From an uncultured Alphaproteobacteria bacterium (GTDB taxonomy: Bacteria > Pseudomonadota > Alphaproteobacteria > HIMB59 > GCA-002718135): DNA of 64,000 nucleotides. Under the pieces are notes generated by a model, which worked only from the letters and a program-made list of their open reading frames with translations, ran no database searches and was not told the DNA's origin. Of the stretch, positions 56,204 to 64,000 are shown piece by piece. The stretch spans positions 3,743 to 67,742 of the forward strand of contig CABYRE010000004.1 in the NCBI GenBank assembly GCA_902521325.1, written 5' to 3'. The translations under genes were made by a program, and so were the position numbers. Numbering within the stretch: the stretch's first letter is position 1; each line of letters begins with the position of its first letter.

Positions 56204-57481
56204 TTATCCTAACTTTATGTTGTCTATTCCGACAATTTTATTGTACAGCCAATAGAAGATCAGCATTATACCAAGAAGTATAGCACCAAGAGCAGCACAT
56301 AATCCCCAATTAAGTGTAGTTTTTAAATGATAAGCAATCCAGCTCCCAATCAATTTACCATCTTTTCCGCCAACTAATTCGGGTGTTATAAAATACCCAA
56401 TAGCAAGTACAAAAACTAATAAACCACCAGCGCTTATACCAGGAATAGTTTGTGGTAAGTAAACTCGCCAAAATGCAGTTGCAGGTTTTGCTCCTAAATT
56501 TTGAGCAGCTCTCATGTGACTTTTTGGAATTACTCTCATTACACTGTACAAAGGTAAAATCATAAATGGTAATAAAATTTGAGTCATCGCAATTAAAGTT
56601 CCAGTTTCATTATAAACCATTTGTATTCGGCCATCGTCGCTTATGATACCTAACCAAACTAAAATACCATTTATGACTCCATTTTGTTGAAGCATTACAA
56701 TCCATGCTGTTGTTCTTACAAGTAGAGAAGTCCAAAATGGAAGCAATACAAAAATCATTAGAAGATTACTGTATCTTAAAGGTAAATTAGCTAAAAGATG
56801 AGCAACCGGGAAGCCAAGAATTAAGCAAAAAATTGTTACATAAACACTTACCTTAAAAGTTCTAAGCCAAGTATTCATATACATTCTTCTTTTCTCATCT
56901 TGCAAAGCAACATCCCCATTTTCATCAAATGTTCTATCAATAGCGTTCCAATAGTAAATTGAAGATCTATCATTCACCATTTGATTAAATGAGTACCAGT
57001 AAGTTGGATCTGCCCAGAGCTTATTTATTTTAATAAATGTATCTTTATACGAAACTGGTTCTTCACCCTTTTTAACGATTTTTTTTATTTCTCTCGTAGT
57101 TTTTTTTATTAAACTTTTCCAACCAGATTTAGCGTAATTCATTCTGGTTAAGGCTTTACCTATTTGTCTCTTATCTCCATTGGCTAATTCAAAAAAAAGG
57201 CTTTTGTATACTTCTTCAGGTGGTAGTTCGTCGGCTCCTTTATCCCAATTTTTGTATTCATCAAAAGTATTAGGAAAAACTGAATTAATCTGGCTATCAT
57301 CAATACTCCTGAGAAGCATATCTCCAATTGGCATTACAAAAGTGACAAAAATAAAAAGTAGTAAAGGAAAAACGAGAAGAAAAGCACGAAGTTTATTTCT
57401 TCTTTCAGCTTTACGAAGACTTTGTTTAAGTGGAATTCCGTCAGTAGTTAATAATTCAGCTGTAGAAATAGTAACCTCCAA
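56204..57481 (-). CDS. Polyamine/opine-type ABC transporter permease (PotB-like) with a ~150-residue first periplasmic loop
   Basis: EAA loop AAQNLGAKPATAFWRVYLP. The start is uncertain: the TTG at 57481 abuts the upstream terminator, and an in-frame ATT 12 nt downstream (57469) lies 5 nt after GGAGG. Confidence 0.82.
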   Translation of the reverse strand: MEVTISTAELLTTDGIPLKQSLRKAERRNKLRAFLLVFPLLLFIFVTFVMPIGDMLLRSIDDSQINSVFPNTFDEYKNWDKGADELPPEEVYKSLFFELANGDKRQIGKALTRMNYAKSGWKSLIKKTTREIKKIVKKGEEPVSYKDTFIKINKLWADPTYWYSFNQMVNDRSSIYYWNAIDRTFDENGDVALQDEKRRMYMNTWLRTFKVSVYVTIFCLILGFPVAHLLANLPLRYSNLLMIFVLLPFWTSLLVRTTAWIVMLQQNGVINGILVWLGIISDDGRIQMVYNETGTLIAMTQILLPFMILPLYSVMRVIPKSHMRAAQNLGAKPATAFWRVYLPQTIPGISAGGLLVFVLAIGYFITPELVGGKDGKLIGSWIAYHLKTTLNWGLCAALGAILLGIMLIFYWLYNKIVGIDNIKLG

Positions 57482-57509
57482 ATAAAAAGGCGAGATAATT
57501 CTCGCCTTT
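57481..57509 (-). terminator. Rho-independent terminator/attenuator after the SBP gene
   Basis: On the minus strand: AAAGGCGAG-AATTAT-CTCGCCTTT followed by TTATT. Confidence 0.65.
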
Positions 57510-57540
57510 AGATTAAATTACAAAGTTTAATTTATCAAGC

Positions 57541-58644
57541 TTAGTTAGCCATCCACGCAGCATAACGTTCATTAATTTCTGCACCGTAATCTGACCACCA
57601 TTGTGGATCACTCACGATTGAAACTTTTAAACGATCTGGAGTATTAGGCATATGAGGCATAATATCAACTCCGCCTGGACCCCAAGGTTCATTATTTTGA
57701 ATGATTGGAATACCAGATGCTCTCATTGGTCCATATGTAATATATTTGGCTTGTTCAGCTTGTGCTTCTGGAGTTGAAGCGTGCATCATAAAATCAAGAG
57801 CTGCATCTCTATTAGGAGCTCCAGCAGTTAGACAAAGATACTCTTGGTCTAGAACCTGACCTTCCCAAATATACTCAAAGTTTTCACCTTCAGCTAAGTT
57901 AGCTGCACCAACACGACCATTATAAGCAACTGCCATTACAACTTCACCACTTTTTATTAATTCAAGAGGTTGTGAACCTGCTGACCAGAATACTACATCA
58001 TCTTTAATTCTGTCCATAACTTCAAATGCTCTATCAATAGCACCTGTTTGGTTAGCTAAAACTGTTGGCACTGCAGTTGGTTTTACACCATCTGCTACCA
58101 TAGCTTTTTCTATAATACCTGTTGCCCAAGTATGAATACCTCTTTTACCAGGAAATTTTTCCGTATCAAAGAAATCGGCCATACTGTCTGGCTTTTCACC
58201 AGGAAACGCATCTGGGTCGTAGAATACTACATAAGTCCAGAAAATTTGTGGTACACAACAGTCCCAACCAGAGTGGTATTCAAGACCGTTATTTTCCATA
58301 TCTTCCGCAATTGACTCACCATTTGGTCCTGGTACACCCATTGAAGCGATTTCACTTGAAATATCTTCAAATAGTCCCTCATCACATCCAGTGATTGCAT
58401 CAGATGGTAAAACATCAACTAAATCCCAAGTAACACTTCCACTTTCTACTTGAGCTCTTACTTCACCTAAACCTCCATTGTAGTTTTCAAACACAATTGA
58501 GCCAGGATCAGAATATGTATCTGCATAAGCTTTTTGTTGACTTTCTGTATAAGCACCACCCCATGAAGCAACAGTTACAGCATTAGCTGCAAACGGCGCA
58601 AAAATGATAGATGCGAATAAGAAGGCTTTTGTAAATTTAGACAT
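57541..58644 (-). CDS. ABC transporter substrate-binding protein (PotD/PotF-like, family-1 SBP)
   Basis: Signal peptide MSKFTKAFLFASIIFAPFAANA, with GGAGG 6 nt upstream of the ATG. Flanked by PotA/B/C-like genes. Confidence 0.82.
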   Translation of the reverse strand: MSKFTKAFLFASIIFAPFAANAVTVASWGGAYTESQQKAYADTYSDPGSIVFENYNGGLGEVRAQVESGSVTWDLVDVLPSDAITGCDEGLFEDISSEIASMGVPGPNGESIAEDMENNGLEYHSGWDCCVPQIFWTYVVFYDPDAFPGEKPDSMADFFDTEKFPGKRGIHTWATGIIEKAMVADGVKPTAVPTVLANQTGAIDRAFEVMDRIKDDVVFWSAGSQPLELIKSGEVVMAVAYNGRVGAANLAEGENFEYIWEGQVLDQEYLCLTAGAPNRDAALDFMMHASTPEAQAEQAKYITYGPMRASGIPIIQNNEPWGPGGVDIMPHMPNTPDRLKVSIVSDPQWWSDYGAEINERYAAWMAN

Positions 58645-58774
58645 ATATATCCTCCTATTTTAATTAATTAATCTTAAGATTATGTCCGTAATGACTTAGT
58701 AATAACATGTAGCTTAATTAAAAAAAAGTCTTAAAAATAAAAAAAAAGGGCTAATTATAAAGATATTTTTAAAA

Positions 58775-59863
58775 CTAAATGTCGAGAGCCCTAACATCAT
58801 CAGGATTCCAGCTTAAATTTAATAAGTCTCCCTCTTTGTGACTAAAACTTCCTTCATTTGGAACTTTCACAATAAATTCATCATTTCCACAAACGTTTAA
58901 TCTTGCTCTTATATGATCGCCTAAATATATTAATTCTTGAATCTTGCCCTCAAAATTATTTGATTCTGGATTTGTACTGTCAATAGTAACTCTTTCTGGT
59001 CTTATTGAAAGTTGAGTTTTGTCACCTTTTTCATTTACATTTATTTTTAATGCTTTTACTTTTCCAAAACCATTATCAAGTTCAACTGTACATGTATCTC
59101 CATTAACATCTGCTACCACTCCATTAAGAGTATTATTTTCTCCAATAAATTTGGCAACAAATGAATTTTCAGGTTTTTCATATAAAATATCTGGTGTCGA
59201 TAATTGTTGAACAACTCCATCATTAAAAACAGCTATTCTATTTGACATTGTTAGCGCTTCACTTTGATCATGTGTAACATATACTACTGTAATTCCTATT
59301 CTGTCGTGAATATGTTTTATTTCATATTGCATTTGTTCACGTAAATTTTTATCAAGGGCGCCTAGAGGCTCATCCATTAATACCAAACGTGGTTCAAAGA
59401 CAAGAGCTCTAGCTAGAGCAACTCTCTGTTGTTGACCTCCAGATAATTGTGCAGGAAATCTGGTACCAAAATTACCAAGCTCAACCATATCAAGTGCCTT
59501 CTGTACTTTTTCTTTTGTCTCGGGTTTTGGTATTTTTCTAACTTCTAAAGGAAAGGATAGATTTTCTTCAACTGTCATGTGAGGAAATAGAGCATAGTTT
59601 TGAAATACCATTCCAATTTCTCGTTCATAAGGAGGTATTTTACTTATTGGTTTAGTATCTAAAAATATTTCGCCATTTGTAGGTGTTTCAAATCCAGCTA
59701 GCATCATCAAAGTTGTTGTTTTACCTGATCCTGATGGACCCAACATTGTTACAAATTCACCTTTAGCAATATCCAAGTTTAAATTTTTTACTACCAGTAC
59801 TTCTCCATCATAACTTTTATCAATCTTTTCAAATTTTACGAAACTTTGAGATGGATTATTCAT
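58775..59863 (-). CDS. ABC transporter ATP-binding protein (PotA-like)
   Basis: Walker A GPSGSGKTT, signature LSGGQQQR and Walker B LMDEPLG. Start set at M18 (MNNPSQ). The ORF track extension to 59914 overlaps the divergent neighbour. Confidence 0.88.
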   Translation of the reverse strand: MNNPSQSFVKFEKIDKSYDGEVLVVKNLNLDIAKGEFVTMLGPSGSGKTTTLMMLAGFETPTNGEIFLDTKPISKIPPYEREIGMVFQNYALFPHMTVEENLSFPLEVRKIPKPETKEKVQKALDMVELGNFGTRFPAQLSGGQQQRVALARALVFEPRLVLMDEPLGALDKNLREQMQYEIKHIHDRIGITVVYVTHDQSEALTMSNRIAVFNDGVVQQLSTPDILYEKPENSFVAKFIGENNTLNGVVADVNGDTCTVELDNGFGKVKALKINVNEKGDKTQLSIRPERVTIDSTNPESNNFEGKIQELIYLGDHIRARLNVCGNDEFIVKVPNEGSFSHKEGDLLNLSWNPDDVRALDI

Positions 59864-59929
59864 ATTAAATATTTGTAATGGTGCTTGAATAACTGGACGA
59901 AACCAAATAGTCAAAAGTTAATTTTAAAA

Positions 59930-60793
59930 ATGTTCATATTTGGTGTTATTTTTGCTTTAGTTGCCGGAATTTTATTTGGCTTAATTGGGCCTACTACTAA
60001 AATAGCTTATAATGCAGGTGCATCAGTAGGTTTAGCTATATTTTTACGATATGTAGTTGCTTCAATTATAATATTACCTTTTATACCCTATCAAAAAAAT
60101 CTTCTTAGTAATTTTAAAAAAAATATATATTACTTTTTATCAATATCAGTTGGTTCAATATTTTTAACTCTAGGATTATTAACTTCAGTTGTATTTATCG
60201 AAGTTAGCCTCACTATCCTAATTTTTTGTCTTTATCCAATATATGTACTTCTGTATTCAATTATTGTTGATAAAGAAAAAATTTATTTAACTGTAAAAAT
60301 TCTTTTTTTTCTAACATTTTTAGGGATTATTTTAGTTGTAGGTCCATCTTTTAAAGTAATAAATTTAGTAGGTATGTTTTTAGCTTTTCTAGCTTCTCTT
60401 GGAGCTACAAGTATGATTGTAACAAATCAAAAAATGTCATTAAGAGGGATATCTCCTATACCAATAAATATATTTATAAATGTTTTTAATACTTTTTTCT
60501 TTTTTGTAATATTAAAAATATTTTTTTCTTTAAATTTTAATTTTGATATCGGCATTTATCTTTTAATTATAATTCCTTCAATTTGTTATAGTTTGGCACT
60601 GTTGTCACAATTAATTGCTATTCCAAAAATTGGTCAATCATATACAGCATTATTTTTATACTTAGAGCCCGTGGTGGGTGTACTGGGCGCTGTTTTTTTA
60701 TTAAAGGAAAATTTAGAAACGTATCAAATAGTTGGGGCTTCTATTGTAATATTAAGTTTATTATCTGCTTCTTTTATTAGTAGCAGAAATTAA
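59930..60793 (+). CDS. DMT-superfamily (EamA-like) transporter
   Basis: About ten hydrophobic segments in two repeats. Start set at the first ATG (MFIFGV). The ORF track lists a TTG at 59885. Confidence 0.75.
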   Translation: MFIFGVIFALVAGILFGLIGPTTKIAYNAGASVGLAIFLRYVVASIIILPFIPYQKNLLSNFKKNIYYFLSISVGSIFLTLGLLTSVVFIEVSLTILIFCLYPIYVLLYSIIVDKEKIYLTVKILFFLTFLGIILVVGPSFKVINLVGMFLAFLASLGATSMIVTNQKMSLRGISPIPINIFINVFNTFFFFVILKIFFSLNFNFDIGIYLLIIIPSICYSLALLSQLIAIPKIGQSYTALFLYLEPVVGVLGAVFLLKENLETYQIVGASIVILSLLSASFISSRN

Positions 60794-61776
60794 AATTGAT
60801 TTTTCATAAAGTTAAACCAATTCTGACCAATAATTTTTGTGGAAACTTTTTCTGGAATATTATTTTCACACATTAAATTAAATAAATTATTTAAGTCACT
60901 TGGTTGTTTATACCAACTTGGTAAGTTGGGCCATTTAGGGTTTTTATCTTTAGATTCACCGTAATCAATATCTTTTGTCCACTTACCATTTCTCATCCAC
61001 ATGACAACATTGTCAGGCCAATTTAAACAAAGATCTGACCCTATTCCAATATTATCTTCACCAATTAAGTTTATTAACTCCTTAATCATTTCGCAAAAAT
61101 CTTCTGCGGTGCAATCACCTAAATTTTTAAGATGGTAAGGATACAAACTTAAACCAATAAAACCATTTTTATTAACAAGTTTTTTTAAAATATCAGTATC
61201 AATATTTCTTTTCGATTTGTGAAAGAAGCTTGGATTAGCATGAGAAATTGCTACTGGCTTATTTGACACTTCAATGGCATCAAGACAAGTTTGCTTACCT
61301 GCATGACTTAAGTCTACAATCATTCCAAGACGATTCATTTCTTCAATAACAGCTTTTCCAAATCGTGAAACACCTGAATCTTTTGGCTCAAAACATCCTC
61401 CAGCAAGTGGAGTTTGATTATTATAAGTGAGTTGCATGAATCTTACACCTGCTTCAAAAAATTTTTCAATTAAAAAAATATCATTTGCTATTGGAGCAGA
61501 GTTTTGAAAACCAAAAATAATTGCAACTTTATTATTTTTTTTAGCATCCAAAATATCTTCTGTAGTTTTTGCGTGAGCAATAATGTCATGATGCTCTCTA
61601 AAAAGATGGTGCCAATAATTAATTTTTTCAAATGACTCTTCAGTATTTTCCCAATAGACTAATGTCACATGGATTGCAGATAATCTAGCTTGGTGGGCAT
61701 TTTCAAATAATTCCCTATTCCAATTACAATACTCGAGACCATCAATTAAAAGTATATCTTCACTTATTTTTGACAT
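60790..61776 (-). CDS. Peptidase-M19 (renal/membrane dipeptidase) fold protein, variant metal site
   Basis: Alignable by eye with human DPEP1 through FGKAVIEEMNRLGMIVDLSH, ISHANP and GIGSD. The DGHND and VEGG positions are replaced here. Confidence 0.75.
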   Translation of the reverse strand: MSKISEDILLIDGLEYCNWNRELFENAHQARLSAIHVTLVYWENTEESFEKINYWHHLFREHHDIIAHAKTTEDILDAKKNNKVAIIFGFQNSAPIANDIFLIEKFFEAGVRFMQLTYNNQTPLAGGCFEPKDSGVSRFGKAVIEEMNRLGMIVDLSHAGKQTCLDAIEVSNKPVAISHANPSFFHKSKRNIDTDILKKLVNKNGFIGLSLYPYHLKNLGDCTAEDFCEMIKELINLIGEDNIGIGSDLCLNWPDNVVMWMRNGKWTKDIDYGESKDKNPKWPNLPSWYKQPSDLNNLFNLMCENNIPEKVSTKIIGQNWFNFMKNQF

Positions 61777-61830
61777 AGATTAATACTTCTATTAATGAAA
61801 AAACCAAAATTAACTATACATATTTAATAA

Positions 61831-63495
61831 ATGTTACAAAAAGTAAGAGATAAGGATAACTTCATGAAACTATCAAGAATGGGATCACGCTATCCCTCGC
61901 GCCTTAGTTTTTCTAGAAGTATGTTAAGAAGATTAATTAACGACAAGTGGGAAATAAATAAATCAAAATTTGATTTAGATAAAGATGGTTATGGTACAGT
62001 TGTGTATGAAATTATTATTAATAAAGATATTTATTCACTTGTATGTTTCTCTGCTTTTCTAGATGATAAAGATAGAAGTGATAGAGTTATTGCAAGTAAA
62101 TGGGATACGGCCTACACGTTACATGTAGGTAAATTATCAAACAAAGATCTAAATAGATTAAAAAAAACAATTCCTCTTCAAGAATCGGGACGAAATTCTC
62201 CAAACGCATTAATTCTAAGTAGAGCAAATAAAAGTGTTAGGTTGTTTCAGTATGTTGTTGATTGTCTTTCAAATGGTAATCAGCCCGATATTAAGGAAAT
62301 AAATAAAGTTGGATATTTATTAAGAACTACTGCTGTTTATGGTAGTGGTAAATTTGGTTTATCAGATTTTACTAATACAAAAAATACAACTGTTTTCAAT
62401 CAACCTTTTAGGGCAGAAATGTTGTCAGTATATTTAATTAGAGAATTTAGTGTTGAATTAGTTGAACATGTTGCAAAGCAAATTAATCCAAAAAAGGCTG
62501 TAAAGTTAGATAGAAAAATTAAACAACATTTTGGTATTGGTAATTCAACAGGTTTAGGTATGGCACCTTTTATTATTAAACATCCAAAGTTGATTAATAA
62601 ATGGATGATACAGTACACAAAGACATTACAGGAAATTGCTCAAATTAATTTAGATAATATAGTTTTTGAAAAGTATAAAAAACTTTTGAATAAAGCTTTA
62701 AATTATCTTGAAGAAGTAAGCACAAGTGATCAATTCCAAATTAATAAAAATAAAGTAACTACTGAGGATTTAAAAAAATATATTTTTTATATTAATGACT
62801 TAGATCTTTCTCAAAAATTTAAATGGTTAGATATCTTAGATTATTGTGATTCGAATTTTAATAATGATACTCAAGAAATTGCGAGAGTACAACTAATTGA
62901 ATTGTATCCTCAAGTATCAGAAGAATTAGCAGAAGATATGGCAGATGAGGAGATAATGGATATTGATGGAAATCAATCTATTGGAGATTTGAATAAAATA
63001 ATCAATGATAAATATTCTTGGATAAAAAATATTGATTTTAATAACAAAGATAGCGATTATTTATTTTGGTATGTTTCAGCAGCAAAGTTAGAACCTAGAT
63101 TAGGTGAAAGATATAATGAACAAGGAAGTGAGTTAGAGCAAAATTTAGGAATTGCAAAAATGGTTAATGATTTATTTAAGCAAATTAAAAATATAGATGA
63201 AAATCAATTAATTTGTGAATTTTTATTAACACATCCTGAATACAGAGGAATTGTTAAAAGAATACAATCTTTAAAAAATTATCCTTATTCGGAAGTCCAA
63301 GATAATGTTCTCGATAAAAAAACAATACCAATTGATATGTTAAGATTTAAATTATCTTTTTTTGGTGCCAATCGATATGATCCTAAGTCAGATAGATGGT
63401 TAAGAGTAAGTTTTTTTTCTGGAGCTCCTTATTTATCAGATCTAAATAATAAAAATGTTGATGAATGGGGTTTTGCAACAATGAATTCATATTAA
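61831..63495 (+). CDS. Hypothetical protein (554 aa, soluble, no motif recognised)
   Basis: Long uninterrupted ORF with host-like codon bias and no membrane segments. An alternative start at M12 (61864) is possible. Confidence 0.6.
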   Translation: MLQKVRDKDNFMKLSRMGSRYPSRLSFSRSMLRRLINDKWEINKSKFDLDKDGYGTVVYEIIINKDIYSLVCFSAFLDDKDRSDRVIASKWDTAYTLHVGKLSNKDLNRLKKTIPLQESGRNSPNALILSRANKSVRLFQYVVDCLSNGNQPDIKEINKVGYLLRTTAVYGSGKFGLSDFTNTKNTTVFNQPFRAEMLSVYLIREFSVELVEHVAKQINPKKAVKLDRKIKQHFGIGNSTGLGMAPFIIKHPKLINKWMIQYTKTLQEIAQINLDNIVFEKYKKLLNKALNYLEEVSTSDQFQINKNKVTTEDLKKYIFYINDLDLSQKFKWLDILDYCDSNFNNDTQEIARVQLIELYPQVSEELAEDMADEEIMDIDGNQSIGDLNKIINDKYSWIKNIDFNNKDSDYLFWYVSAAKLEPRLGERYNEQGSELEQNLGIAKMVNDLFKQIKNIDENQLICEFLLTHPEYRGIVKRIQSLKNYPYSEVQDNVLDKKTIPIDMLRFKLSFFGANRYDPKSDRWLRVSFFSGAPYLSDLNNKNVDEWGFATMNSY

Positions 63496-63500
63496 TATCT

Positions 63501-64000
63501 GTGAGTTACTCTTACTATGAAGTCTACACTAACTCACAGCGAGCTTTTTCAGGATTAGGATTCACATATGGATCAGATGAAGATGCTGCATTTATTACAA
63601 CTTGGCTTGAAATACTTGGTTTAGACGGAATCAAATTATTAACATTAAAAATTAAAGAATTAGATAACACTTTTAATGCCAGCATAGATCCATCAAATAT
63701 AAATGATGAGTTTGATTGTAATAATAAGTCTTCATTAATGATAGGGCCAGGATTAATTGATTATTTAATATCAAAAGTAGATAAAAAAGAAAATTTAAAA
63801 TTAACTTTAAAAAATTGCAATGATCCCATATTCCTAATACCTTTGCTTTATAAGTATGCAAAAAAAAATATCAATTCACAGTTTTTGTTAGATCAAAAAG
63901 TTGATACTCAAATAACAAATAAAAATATTAGTATTAATAGAGATATTATCTCTACAAATTATCAAAGAAATTTTGATCTTTTACTTACAAAAAATATTTT
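63501..64000 (+). CDS. Hypothetical protein, N-terminal part (runs off window end)
   Basis: A GTG 5 nt after the previous stop opens a frame with no stop through base 64000 (VSYSYYEVYTNSQRAFSGLGFTYGSDEDAAFITTWLEILGLDG...). It is absent from the ORF track because it has no stop. Confidence 0.5.
   Translation, partial: MSYSYYEVYTNSQRAFSGLGFTYGSDEDAAFITTWLEILGLDGIKLLTLKIKELDNTFNASIDPSNINDEFDCNNKSSLMIGPGLIDYLISKVDKKENLKLTLKNCNDPIFLIPLLYKYAKKNINSQFLLDQKVDTQITNKNISINRDIISTNYQRNFDLLLTKNI

Noticed and set aside
63673-63861. 62-aa minus-strand ORF near the window end
   Set aside because: It is antisense to a longer frame that stays open from 63501 to the window edge and is translationally coupled to the upstream gene. 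Its product is low-complexity.
1-64000. Searched by eye for defence systems, prophage or integrative elements, IS elements, CRISPR arrays, toxin-antitoxin pairs, tRNA/rRNA genes and biosynthetic gene clusters
   Set aside because: No integrase, transposase, recombinase, nuclease-helicase pair, Cas-like protein, regularly spaced repeat, tRNA-like GC-rich cloverleaf, NRPS/PKS or RiPP-like precursor was recognisable. The window reads as core-like metabolic DNA, although small elements could be missed without tools.

Overview
AT-rich (about 30% GC by eye), very gene-dense chromosomal segment. I count about 58 CDS, many with 1-17 nt overlaps. I found no rRNA or tRNA, CRISPR array, transposase, integrase or phage gene, and no recognisable transcription factor. 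Composition and gene content suggest a streamlined marine alphaproteobacterium of the SAR11/Pelagibacterales or AEGEAN-169 (HIMB59) type; this is inference only, with no database search. After a housekeeping block (clpS-clpA, PBP5-type carboxypeptidase with SPOR domain, phosphomannomutase, UDP-glucose dehydrogenase), the window is a mosaic of catabolic modules built around four ABC importers. (1) 7.3-15.6 kb: a CUT2-type sugar importer with ThuA-like and Gfo/Idh/MocA genes and an ALDH, bracketed by two paralogous desaturase-fold membrane di-iron oxygenases. (2) 15.7-20.4 kb: a complete CUT1 sugar importer. (3) 23.3-38.0 kb: a long co-directional amino-sugar locus holding cytoplasmic GH20 hexosaminidase, galactokinase, NagA, two SIS proteins, a GMC oxidase and an enolase-superfamily enzyme. 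Its CUT1 importer lacks an ATPase but has three permease genes, two of them a diverged tandem duplicate. (4) 38-54 kb: a redox-heavy region with a BBOX-like dioxygenase, 2 SDR, 2 Gfo/Idh/MocA, a UxaA-type dehydratase, Fe-ADH, 3 ALDH, a glutamine-synthetase-like ligase, and an alpha/beta hydrolase + AA_synth + luciferase-like monooxygenase group. (5) 54-60 kb: a Pot-type amine importer with an FAD oxidase. The window ends with a DMT exporter, an M19 dipeptidase homolog with substituted metal ligands, and two tightly coupled proteins I cannot assign. The best candidates for undescribed biology are the desaturase-bracketed sugar cassette, the three-permease ATPase-less importer, the AA_synth/LLM/hydrolase operon, and the variant-M19 plus two-unknown-gene module. 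All functional calls rest on motif and family recognition by eye. No HMM or BLAST search was possible.
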